DNA from: Candidatus Woesearchaeota archaeon
Lineage (GTDB): Archaea; Nanobdellota; Nanobdellia; SCGC-AAA011-G17; GW2011-AR20
NCBI GenBank assembly: GCA_964361505.1
Contig: CAYIAV010000002.1
Location: 1-35,623, forward strand
DNA: 35,623 nt
Direction: 5' to 3'
Shown here: positions 1-7,406 of the stretch, piece by piece
Layout: each line of letters begins with the position of its first letter
Position numbering within the stretch: the first letter of the stretch is position 1
Position numbers and translations under genes: made by a program
Notes under the pieces: generated by a model
Databases searched by the model: none
The model's input: the letters and a program-made list of their open reading frames with translations, nothing else
What the model was told of the DNA's origin: nothing

Positions 1-341
1 GAAAAAGTTTATCCTATCAAAAGAACATGATAAAAAAGAATGCATACGAATTTATGAGATTAATGACTGATTTGCCTTCAAGTATAAAATCAATTTTATC
101 AAGTCACGAACATATGAAAGTTGATTTGGAAGAAAAAACAATTAACAAAATCACATTCAGATTAGACAGCGCAATGAACAGAATCGCTTTAGGAATAGTC
201 ATAGCTGCATTAATAATAGCAGCAGCAATAACTCCAGTGAAAAGCGAAGGTATTTTAAACATCAGATATTTTTACATAGCTATAGCAGTTATTTTAGGAA
301 TGTATTTGATAAGGTCAATAACCAAAGAAAAGGAGGTATAA
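1..341 (+). CDS. C-terminal fragment of a membrane-anchored protein, open at the left edge; possibly the tail of an ABC1/UbiB-type kinase
   Basis: The frame is open from nt 3 to the stop at 339-341. Two hydrophobic helices (IALGIVIAALIIAAAI, YFYIAIAVILGMYLI) follow an amphipathic segment, as at the C-terminus of archaeal UbiB-like proteins. The family assignment is a guess. Confidence 0.4.
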   Translation, partial: KSLSYQKNMIKKNAYEFMRLMTDLPSSIKSILSSHEHMKVDLEEKTINKITFRLDSAMNRIALGIVIAALIIAAAITPVKSEGILNIRYFYIAIAVILGMYLIRSITKEKEV

Positions 342-342
342 A

Positions 343-579
343 TTGATGAGGGAACTTTTCAGAAGAGGTCTTGCCAAACTAAGTTTTAGAAGACAAACAA
401 GTAGAGGTAAAAAAATATCAAGAGCATTGCTCCATTTTGGCAAATCAGAATCAATTAGAATAAAAGATGCCTTGAAAAAAGAGACTAAAAGAGGGATAAA
501 AAAAGCAATAGTGGCTGGAAAAAAAGAAGTAAGCGAAGTCAAAAAGACATTAGCAAAAAAATTATCTAAAAAAAAGTAA
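343..579 (+). CDS. hypothetical small Lys/Arg-rich protein
   Basis: 78-aa ORF with TTG at 343 and ATG at 346. SD AGGAGGT at 331-337. No recognisable domain. Confidence 0.45.
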   Translation: MMRELFRRGLAKLSFRRQTSRGKKISRALLHFGKSESIRIKDALKKETKRGIKKAIVAGKKEVSEVKKTLAKKLSKKK

Positions 580-633
580 TGACTTCTTAAAAAACAATAG
601 ATTTATAAATAAAGTAATCACTAGTGATTACAG

Positions 634-840
634 GTGTATATTTTGGAATTAATACTAACCTATCATGCAAAAGTCAGAATGGCAGAAAAAGCAGTAAATA
701 CAGAACAAATCAGGGAAGTAATTAAAAAAGGTGCAAAAATAAAACAAACAGATGGCTTTTTAGCAAGATATGGCTGCATAAAAGTCGCCTACAAGATGAT
801 AAAAGAAAAATACATCATAAAAACAGTGATAATAGAATAA
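634..840 (+). CDS. DUF4258-like toxin of a type II toxin-antitoxin pair
   Basis: 68 aa with a GTG start. The motif LTYHAKVRMAEKAVNTEQIREVI matches the DUF4258 signature (H-A-x-x-R-M-x-E-R-x-I). The stop lies 1 nt before the next ORF. Confidence 0.6.
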   Translation: MYILELILTYHAKVRMAEKAVNTEQIREVIKKGAKIKQTDGFLARYGCIKVAYKMIKEKYIIKTVIIE

Positions 841-841
841 A

Positions 842-1177
842 ATGGAAAAATGCTACATATGTGAAGAAGGAAGACTTGTAAGTAAAAAAGTAGATTTCAA
901 AATGTATGGTAAGGCTATAGGAAAGTTCGACGCCTTAGCGTGTGATAAATGTAGTGAAATATTCTTTGACGAAAGTGCTTCAGAAAAAATAGATAAGGCA
1001 GTAAAAGAAAAAGGTTTATGGGGATTAGAAGCTACAACATCAGTAACACAAGCAGGAAATTCTCTGGCAATAAGAATACCGAAAAGGATAGCGAAGTTTC
1101 TAAACCTTAAAAAAGGCACACAGACAAGGATGCGCCCAGAAGAAAATAAGTTAATAGTGGAAAGTGTAGAAGAATAG
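842..1177 (+). CDS. antitoxin-like protein: MqsA/YgiT-type zinc ribbon fused to an AbrB/SpoVT (MazE-like) domain
   Basis: The CxxC...CxxC motif (CYICEEG...CDKCSE) matches the YgiT zinc finger. The C-terminal SLAIRIPKRIAKFLNLKKGTQTRMRPEENKLIVE is a swapped-hairpin AbrB-type motif. The ORF is tightly coupled to 634-840. Confidence 0.6.
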   Translation: MEKCYICEEGRLVSKKVDFKMYGKAIGKFDALACDKCSEIFFDESASEKIDKAVKEKGLWGLEATTSVTQAGNSLAIRIPKRIAKFLNLKKGTQTRMRPEENKLIVESVEE

Positions 1178-2584
1178 CTATTTTTTATATTTACTAATGA
1201 TCTCGAAAATCTTTTTGCCATCAACCTTTCCCCTATATTTCTTCATTAAAATCCCCATAATGGCATTTGGATTTAATTCTTTATTATAACTAATTATTTT
1301 TTTAATCTCTATCTCAATTTCTTTATCTGAAATTTTCTTAAAAGAGCTAAAATCAATAGTTTCTCCTTTAGAATGAGCAACTAATATATCAACAATTGCG
1401 TTTTTAGATATTTTGCCGTTATTTAAATTCTCTAAAACTTTTTCTAAGGATTCACTTTTAGGATCAATATTAAACCTGGTTTTAATCTCCTTAGGAATCT
1501 CCAATATAACATCAGCGATTACTTTTGGCTCTAAATTTTTATATTTTTTAGATAAACTATCTAAATCTAAATTATTCTCTAAAACTTCCTGAGCAACAGT
1601 TTTCCTTAAGTTAAATTTTTTCTCTAATTTTAAAATTTTCTCACTAATTAACTCAGACAAAACAATTTTCTTTAATTTATCTTTAGAAATTAAGATAGAA
1701 GGATGATCCGTTTCTGGATACATGCGTGACGCTCCAGGCATGGGTCTTAAAAACGAAGTAGTATTATCTACATTTACTTTTCTTACTTCTCCTTTCAATG
1801 GTTTCTCTTTTAATTGTCTTTCAATTTCCTTTTCAATAACAACAGGTATGCTTCTTAAATCTTGAAAGCCTTTTAATTCAATTCTCGGAAAATTCTTAAT
1901 TGATAAATTAATATCTTCCCTAATAGTACCAATACCACGCAATACTTTTCCAGTTGATCTTAAAATCATACCAATTGTAGAAGCTACCTCCTTAGCATGT
2001 CCCTCATCTCGAATATCAGGAGTTGTAGCAATTTCTATTAAAGGAACCCCTAGTCTATCTAATCTATATGTAACAGAATCTTCATTTTCATTAATCTTCT
2101 TAGCAGCCTCTTCCTCCAAGCATATTGTGGCGATTCCAACTTTTCCTTGAGTAGTCTCAATAAAACCATCAATGGCTATTAACATTGTCCTTTGAAATCC
2201 TGAAACATTTGAACCATCAACAACAACTTTTCTCATTACATGAATTTCATCAACAACTTGGGCATTTAGCAATAAAGAAACTTCAAAAGCTGCATTTAAT
2301 GCATCTTCATTAATTCCATGGATAGGTTCACAATCAAGATCTACCAAACAATCACAATCATTGTAAGATTCATAAATAAATTCTTTATTTTTACTCTGTT
2401 CAAACTTAGCAGCTTCATCAATTTTACCCATTTCGCCCATGGAAGCTCTTAATCTTCTTTTAACAATAAAGTCCGGCTCTTCTGTTTTATTTGTAATAAC
2501 GGGACATGAACAAAATAATTTCTTCCCAAAGAGCTGTTGGTGAATCTCCAGACCGCATTTAAAATTTAATTTTTTATAATCCAT
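1178..2584 (-). CDS. gatE: Glu-tRNA(Gln) amidotransferase subunit E (GatE type), compact 468-aa form
   Basis: Motifs GLEIHQQL, KLFCSCP, RGIGTIREDINLSI, RPMPGASRMYPETD and a GatB/YqeY-like tail. These are GatE-type rather than GatB-type motifs. It is shorter than the usual ~620 aa and no gatD is adjacent. Confidence 0.8.
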   Translation of the reverse strand: MDYKKLNFKCGLEIHQQLFGKKLFCSCPVITNKTEEPDFIVKRRLRASMGEMGKIDEAAKFEQSKNKEFIYESYNDCDCLVDLDCEPIHGINEDALNAAFEVSLLLNAQVVDEIHVMRKVVVDGSNVSGFQRTMLIAIDGFIETTQGKVGIATICLEEEAAKKINENEDSVTYRLDRLGVPLIEIATTPDIRDEGHAKEVASTIGMILRSTGKVLRGIGTIREDINLSIKNFPRIELKGFQDLRSIPVVIEKEIERQLKEKPLKGEVRKVNVDNTTSFLRPMPGASRMYPETDHPSILISKDKLKKIVLSELISEKILKLEKKFNLRKTVAQEVLENNLDLDSLSKKYKNLEPKVIADVILEIPKEIKTRFNIDPKSESLEKVLENLNNGKISKNAIVDILVAHSKGETIDFSSFKKISDKEIEIEIKKIISYNKELNPNAIMGILMKKYRGKVDGKKIFEIISKYKK

Positions 2585-2699
2585 TTTCTAGCACCCTCAT
2601 TATTACAATCTAAAATGACTTTATCAAACCAAGGCCTCCAAGAAACCCTCCACTGTGAAATATTATCATTAAATTCTAAAATAACCCTATCAATTTTCT

Positions 2700-2840
2700 T
2701 TATTTTAAATCACCTTCTAAATATCTTTTAATAAATTTTTCCAAAACCACCCAAACTTCTTTTCTTTCCTTCTTTACTTTTGCTACAAAGTCTATCCATA
2801 AATCCCTATCGCCTTTTAAAGTTAGAACGTCTTTTTGCAT
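2700..2840 (-). CDS. unannotated 46-aa ORF, ribbon-helix-helix-like
   Basis: ATG at 2840, TAA at 2702-2700. Sequence MQKDVLTLKGDRDLWIDFVAKVKKERKEVWVVLEKFIKRYLEGDLK shows a strand-helix-helix pattern typical of CopG/RHH proteins. It is below the ORF-track length cutoff. Confidence 0.35.
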   Translation of the reverse strand: MQKDVLTLKGDRDLWIDFVAKVKKERKEVWVVLEKFIKRYLEGDLK

Positions 2841-2863
2841 AGTATTATAGTAATACTTTAATA

Positions 2864-2872
2864 TTTATATAA
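2864..2872 (+). promoter_or_regulatory. TATA-box-like element upstream of rtcA
   Basis: TTTATATAA is centred about 25 nt upstream of the ATG at 2893, consistent with a leaderless archaeal transcript. Confidence 0.35.
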
Positions 2873-2892
2873 GTTTCTATATCCAGTTAGTA

Positions 2893-3915
2893 ATGATAGA
2901 AATTCAGGGCAATATCCATGAAGGCGGAGGCTCTATAGTCCGTTTATCTTGCGCTTTATCCGCTTTAACTCAAAAACCAGTAAAAATCACAAAAATAAGA
3001 GAAAATAGAGAGAGAAAAGGATTAATGGAGCAACATTATCAAAGTATAAAATCCTTAGCAAGATTGTGCAACGCAGAAACAAAAGGTGTTGAGTTAGGTA
3101 GCAGAGAATTAGAATTCATTCCTCATGAAATAACAAAAAAACAGTTAAATGTTGAAATAAGAACAGCAGGCAGTACTTGTTTAGTCTTGCAATCTTTAAT
3201 GCTTCCCTCTTTGTTTCTAAAACATAATATGCAAATAAGAATTGAAGGTGGTGCAACTTTCAATGAAAAAGCTCCAAATATTTTCTATTTCACAGATGTT
3301 TTATTTCCAATTTTAAGGAAGTTAGGATTTAATTTAAATTTAGATGTAATAAAGCACGGCTTCTATCCAAGGGGAGGAGCAGACTTAATTTTCAGATCTA
3401 AACCATTTACTAAACTAAACAATCTTTATTTAGATATGCCCAGTGAACTAAATAAAATAACTGGTATTTCAGTTGCAACTTCAGAATTGAAAAAAGCAAA
3501 AGTAGCAGAGCGTCAATCTTTAAGTGCTGAAAAAATTTTATCAAATAATTTTGACTGTCCTGTAAATATTAGGATAATGTACGTAAATTCACTAAGCCCT
3601 AGCTCTGGAATATTGCTAAAAGCTCATTATCCTGATTACATTTTAGCTGGAGATGCTTTAGGTGCAAAAGGAAAATACAGTGAAAAGGTTGGAGAAGAAG
3701 CTGCAACAAATTTATTAAAGCAAATAATACCAAAAGCAACAGTAGACGAACATCTTGCTGATCAATTAATTCCTTATCTAGCATTAACAGAAGAATCAAT
3801 AATAAAAGTCCCAAGAATAACAGACCATCTAAAGACAAATATTCATATAGTTGAAAAATTTATAAATTGTAAAATTAAAGTAAAGGGAAAGATAATTGAA
3901 ATAAAAAAGATTTAA
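2893..3915 (+). CDS. rtcA: RNA 3'-terminal phosphate cyclase
   Basis: EGGGSIVRLSCALSALTQKPVKITKIRENRERKGLMEQH matches the RtcA N-terminal signature. Length is 340 aa. Confidence 0.85.
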   Translation: MIEIQGNIHEGGGSIVRLSCALSALTQKPVKITKIRENRERKGLMEQHYQSIKSLARLCNAETKGVELGSRELEFIPHEITKKQLNVEIRTAGSTCLVLQSLMLPSLFLKHNMQIRIEGGATFNEKAPNIFYFTDVLFPILRKLGFNLNLDVIKHGFYPRGGADLIFRSKPFTKLNNLYLDMPSELNKITGISVATSELKKAKVAERQSLSAEKILSNNFDCPVNIRIMYVNSLSPSSGILLKAHYPDYILAGDALGAKGKYSEKVGEEAATNLLKQIIPKATVDEHLADQLIPYLALTEESIIKVPRITDHLKTNIHIVEKFINCKIKVKGKIIEIKKI

Positions 3916-3939
3916 ATATTTGTTGAATATATAAAAACT

Positions 3940-4509
3940 ATGATACTTAGACCATGTTCTTATGATCTTGCAACAGCAGTTAGAAGGCTTGAAGAAGATC
4001 CAAGAATTGCATTTGAATTGACAAGAAGAACAGTCCCTCTCCCAGGAGAAGCAAATCATGAAGATTGGCCAGTAATAACTACATTAGATATGTGGGGTCC
4101 AAAAAGAAGCTATGCCGAACAAAATCCAAAGGGAGATGGTTACAAAGGACCAATATGGAAAAGTGATGTTAGATTATCTTCAAGGTTTAGAACAGTTGAT
4201 AAAATTTTTGACCATATAATAGATCATACTCTAGGAATGCCACATTATGGGGACATAGGGGATGTGGATGGAGAGTTAATATTAAGATATGACTTTCCAG
4301 TAGACCTACAACCAGATAATCAACCAGCACCTGCACCACACATAGTATACCTTAAACTTAGTGAAAGGAAAGGTCGTCATAGTAGAAATTTTGGAAGCAT
4401 TGGAGATTTAAGAAATAAAATACTTATAACCCCTGAGCTTTACCTTCCTTTTTATCAAACATCACCTGAAGAAATTGCACTTGCAAGAGCTGAATTAGCA
4501 AAAACATAA
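3940..4509 (+). CDS. hypothetical protein with atypical composition
   Basis: 189-aa ORF rich in Pro/Arg/Gly/His/Trp and visibly more GC-rich than its neighbours. No family recognised. Confidence 0.55.
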   Translation: MILRPCSYDLATAVRRLEEDPRIAFELTRRTVPLPGEANHEDWPVITTLDMWGPKRSYAEQNPKGDGYKGPIWKSDVRLSSRFRTVDKIFDHIIDHTLGMPHYGDIGDVDGELILRYDFPVDLQPDNQPAPAPHIVYLKLSERKGRHSRNFGSIGDLRNKILITPELYLPFYQTSPEEIALARAELAKT

Positions 4510-4514
4510 TTCTA

Positions 4515-5240
4515 ATGACACTCCAAGAAATAGCTGAAGACATTAAAGGAAAAAGAAGCTTATCAGACATTGATGATGATTTTCTAAAAGCTAGAATATT
4601 AGAAAAGATAGACAAATACAAAATAGATATTAATGAGGATTTTAAAAAATTAAAAAGAAAAGATCGTTATCAGCAGTTCTTCAAGGAAGTAAGGAAACAA
4701 TTAAGAAAAGTTTACGGAGTTTATCGCGAATTGGCAGAACCCAGGCCAAAATCAGCTTACAAAGAAATTCTTAAAAAAATCGGAAATTTTAGCTCTTTAC
4801 TAGACATAGGCTGTGGAAAATCTCCTTTAGAATACATTGAAATATTCGGAAAAGACAAAACATATTACTCATGTGATATTTCTAAAGAGTGTATAGAAGA
4901 AATTGATTCCTACAAGAAAAAAAATAAAGTCAGAGGCAAAACTTTCATGTTTAATGCATATGACAATTATAAGGAAAATTTGCCTAAAGCAGATGTAACA
5001 TTTCTATTTAGAGTTTTAGAAAGCTTGGAAACATTAAAAAAAGGTTCAAGTGAGAAATTGTTTAAAAACTTAAATTCTAAAACAATCTTAGTTAGTTTCT
5101 CAAAAATAGCATTAGGTCATAATGAAGAAATAAAGAAAAAGGGAAGGTCTTGGTTTAGAAGAATGCTAAGTAGAAACAATTACACATTTGAGGACTTTGA
5201 TATAGAAGATGAAATATTCTTCTTAATTAAAACCAAATAA
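4515..5240 (+). CDS. ArmA/Rmt (FmrO)-family 16S rRNA methyltransferase homolog
   Basis: KEVRKQLRKVYGVY resembles the family motif K-x-V-R-x-x-L-H-x-I-Y-G-A-Y. LDIGCGKSPL is the SAM loop (compare LDxxCGxNPL). ADVTFLFRVLESLE and VSFSKIALGHNEEIKKKGRSWF compare with SFPxxSLxGxxKGMxxxYxxWF. The C-terminal DEIFFLIK also fits. Confidence 0.6.
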   Translation: MTLQEIAEDIKGKRSLSDIDDDFLKARILEKIDKYKIDINEDFKKLKRKDRYQQFFKEVRKQLRKVYGVYRELAEPRPKSAYKEILKKIGNFSSLLDIGCGKSPLEYIEIFGKDKTYYSCDISKECIEEIDSYKKKNKVRGKTFMFNAYDNYKENLPKADVTFLFRVLESLETLKKGSSEKLFKNLNSKTILVSFSKIALGHNEEIKKKGRSWFRRMLSRNNYTFEDFDIEDEIFFLIKTK

Positions 5241-5277
5241 AAACCTTTAAAAGAACTTTTAATCTCATCTAAATTAA

Positions 5278-5440
5278 GCCGCGATCGCATAACCTGGTAT
5301 TGCGCAGATTAACAGCGTAGGATTGCTAAGGTTATAAGCAACCACAGAGATCCTGTTTCCTCACGGATATCTGGGTTCAAAGCACTCTCATGAGAAACGC
5401 TGTAAAGCTTTGTGTGAGTGGGAGAGTCCCAGTCGCGGCG
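5278..5440 (+). tRNA. tRNA-Ser(GCU) gene with three introns (163 nt gene, 84 nt mature)
   Basis: Acceptor GCCGCGA/TCGCGGC with G73. D-arm GCAT-AACCTGGTA-TTGC. After removing 5308-5320 (13 nt, position 29/30) and 5329-5349 (21 nt, 37/38), the anticodon arm is CAGGA-TTGCTAA-TCCTG. There is a 15-nt variable arm (TCC/GGA stem). T-arm is CTGGG-TTCAAAT-CCCAG after removing 5382-5426 (45 nt, 59/60). Each intron has a 4-position central helix flanked by two 3-nt bulges. Confidence 0.8.
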
Positions 5441-5451
5441 ATTTTTAAAAA

Positions 5452-5913
5452 ATGGAATATCACAAACCAGTAGAATTCAAGCATTATCCCGCAACAAGCG
5501 AGAGAGGAGAAGCAAAATTAACAATCGCAGTAGGTCCAGTAATAATAGAACAAGGTAAAGTCCTGCTAGACAAACATGGAGAAGATAAATTCTGGAAATT
5601 CCCAGGAGGAAAGTACATTGATACTTTTAGCTTCATTGATAACGCAAGAAGAGAAGCAAAAGAAGAGCTTGGAATTGAGATAAGGATTTTGGGTGAACCA
5701 TTCATCTACCAGTTTGAAAGAAATCATGATGGCATTCCAGAATATGTTATACTAGTGCATTATTACGCAAAGAGAATGGTAATAGAAAAAATAAAACCTG
5801 GAAGAGATGTAAGGGAATATGAATGGTTTGAGATAGAAAATCTACCAGAAAATTGCGCACCAAATATAGCACCAGCAGTCAGGCACTTCAAAAAAGTACT
5901 AAAAGGTAAATGA
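5452..5913 (+). CDS. NUDIX hydrolase
   Basis: Nudix box GGKYIDTFSFIDNARREAKEELGIE (GX5EX7REUXEEXGU). Confidence 0.8.
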   Translation: MEYHKPVEFKHYPATSERGEAKLTIAVGPVIIEQGKVLLDKHGEDKFWKFPGGKYIDTFSFIDNARREAKEELGIEIRILGEPFIYQFERNHDGIPEYVILVHYYAKRMVIEKIKPGRDVREYEWFEIENLPENCAPNIAPAVRHFKKVLKGK

Positions 5914-6575
5914 AAGAAATTCTCACAAAAGACAACAGCATAACTTTTTTCAACAAAGAATTTAAAGAAAACCTACATCCGGAATCGGGTGCAATAGCAA
6001 GCGTTTACAATAGATACATTAACCATTTAAAATTAAAAAATAACATAAAAGTTCTAGATATTGGTTTTGGTATAGGCTACATTTCTTTAATAATTTTAAG
6101 CAAAGTAAATGCAGATATTACAGCACTAGAAAAAAACAAAGAATACACAGAAGTGATGAAAAACTTAAATTTGCCAGATACTCTAAACGAATATCACAAA
6201 AAATTAAAAAGAATAAATATTATCATAGGAGATGCAAATAAAACTATAAAAAAAGTAAATAAGAATTTTGATTTAATAATATTAGATGGTTTTTCTCCAA
6301 TAAAAAATAAAGAATTATACTCAATTAATTTCTTAAAAGAATTAAAAAAGAGAATGAATAAAGATTCAACATTAATAACATATTCCAGCAATCCCTTAGT
6401 AAGGCATAATTTAATGGAAGCAGGATTTAAATTGAAAAAATACAGAATCAGCAAATATGAAGAAGGCACAATAGCCTCTTTTACTGAAGGAAACCTAACA
6501 GAAAAAGATAAAAAATTAATAAGAGCCTTCAACTTACCTATACAAAATTCCGGTAAAGAAGTTAATCTGGTCTAG
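5910..6575 (+). CDS. MnmC-like SAM-dependent methyltransferase (DUF752 type)
   Basis: VLDIGFGIGY is the SAM loop. ILDGFSPIKNKELYSINFLKELKKRMNKDSTLITYSS matches the MnmC methyltransferase-domain signature (DGFxPxKNPxLW...TY). Confidence 0.6.
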   Translation: MKEILTKDNSITFFNKEFKENLHPESGAIASVYNRYINHLKLKNNIKVLDIGFGIGYISLIILSKVNADITALEKNKEYTEVMKNLNLPDTLNEYHKKLKRINIIIGDANKTIKKVNKNFDLIILDGFSPIKNKELYSINFLKELKKRMNKDSTLITYSSNPLVRHNLMEAGFKLKKYRISKYEEGTIASFTEGNLTEKDKKLIRAFNLPIQNSGKEVNLV

Positions 6576-6794
6576 TCTATAAAAGATAAACACAATTAGT
6601 AACACCAAAGCCAATAACATCACTGCTAATATCATGCTGGCATAAAAGTTCATTACAGCCCATCTCTTATGCTCTCTAGTGGCTTTCAAATTTTTCAATT
6701 GTAATTCTTCACTAAAGGAAATTCTATATTTCTCTCCATCAGAATCAGTTTTATATAGCTTGCCACCCTCTTCAAAATACTTAATGTCGGCCAT
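6534..6794 (-). CDS. hypothetical single-pass membrane protein
   Basis: 86-aa ORF with one strong TM helix (MILAVMLLALVLLIVFIFY). Its 3' end overlaps convergently with 5910-6575. Confidence 0.4.
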   Translation of the reverse strand: MADIKYFEEGGKLYKTDSDGEKYRISFSEELQLKNLKATREHKRWAVMNFYASMILAVMLLALVLLIVFIFYRLDQINFFTGILYR

Positions 6795-6902
6795 ATCAGG
6801 CTTAAATTTAGATTGTTTATAAATATTATTATTATAAAGTGGTTATTATAGAGAATAATAATCATTAATAAGGCTTATTAAGACTTTTAATCAAATCGAT
6901 GT

Positions 6903-7406
6903 ATGGTACTAGAGTTTTTAATAGCGTTCCTTGGATTTATAGCAGGTTTTTTTCTAAATAGGGTTGTAAAAGAAGAATTAGGACCTGGAAAAAAGTATTT
7001 TGCATTTCTCTCAATAATACTTCTCATTTCCATAATAATATTAAATATAGTGCCAATATTTGATATAGTAATAGGCATAATAATAGGTGTAATATTAAGC
7101 TGTCTAATAAGTAATATATATTTTTATCTTGGAATCTCTGCATCAGTCTCTGTATTATCAAATAATAACATAGCATTATTATCAGCATTAATTTTTATTT
7201 TTGGATTATCTTATTCAGCTTTAAACTATAAAATAATAAATAAAAAATTTTTGTTAAAAAGTTTAATATTTTTCTTTATCCCTTTTCTTTTATTATTGAT
7301 AAACATATTTCCGGGATTTTACACAAATTTTTCAGGAATAAGCATAGGTGGTTTAATAGTTGCTATAACAAAAATCCAAAAAACTACATCTTTTCTAAAA
7401 TTCTGA
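6903..7406 (+). CDS. hypothetical polytopic membrane protein
   Basis: 167 aa with about five hydrophobic helices. No motif recognised. Confidence 0.5.
   Translation: MVLEFLIAFLGFIAGFFLNRVVKEELGPGKKYFAFLSIILLISIIILNIVPIFDIVIGIIIGVILSCLISNIYFYLGISASVSVLSNNNIALLSALIFIFGLSYSALNYKIINKKFLLKSLIFFFIPFLLLLINIFPGFYTNFSGISIGGLIVAITKIQKTTSFLKF

Noticed and set aside
853-1224. 123-aa ORF on the minus strand, overlapping the antitoxin gene
   Set aside because: It is antisense to a gene with recognisable domains. Its composition is low-complexity and Ser/Leu/Phe-rich, typical of shadow frames in AT-rich DNA.

The same reasoning applies to these shadow ORFs: 315-542, 3599-3838, 3829-4059, 4424-4621, 5484-5705, 6194-6532, 6887-7078, 9563-9790, 10367-10552, 10760-11026, 11335-11520, 12275-12466, 12581-12784, 12873-13082, 13052-13300, 13633-14073 (three ORFs), 14760-14978, 16524-16706, 17478-17777, 17555-17737, 17856-18506, 19356-20073 (three ORFs), 20877-21128, 21392-21586, 22374-22993 (three ORFs), 23052-23255, 25986-26541 (two ORFs), 28509-28694, 30955-31311, 32045-32290 and 33520-33816.
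2586-2708. Open frame of ~40 codons (…IDRVILEFNDNISQWRVSWRPWFDKVILDCNNEGARKW…) downstream of the RHH-like micro-ORF; a possible toxin partner
   Set aside because: There is no ATG, GTG or TTG start in the frame (only ATA/ATT), and no SD. It runs into the gatE start. I treat it as non-coding unless conservation shows otherwise.
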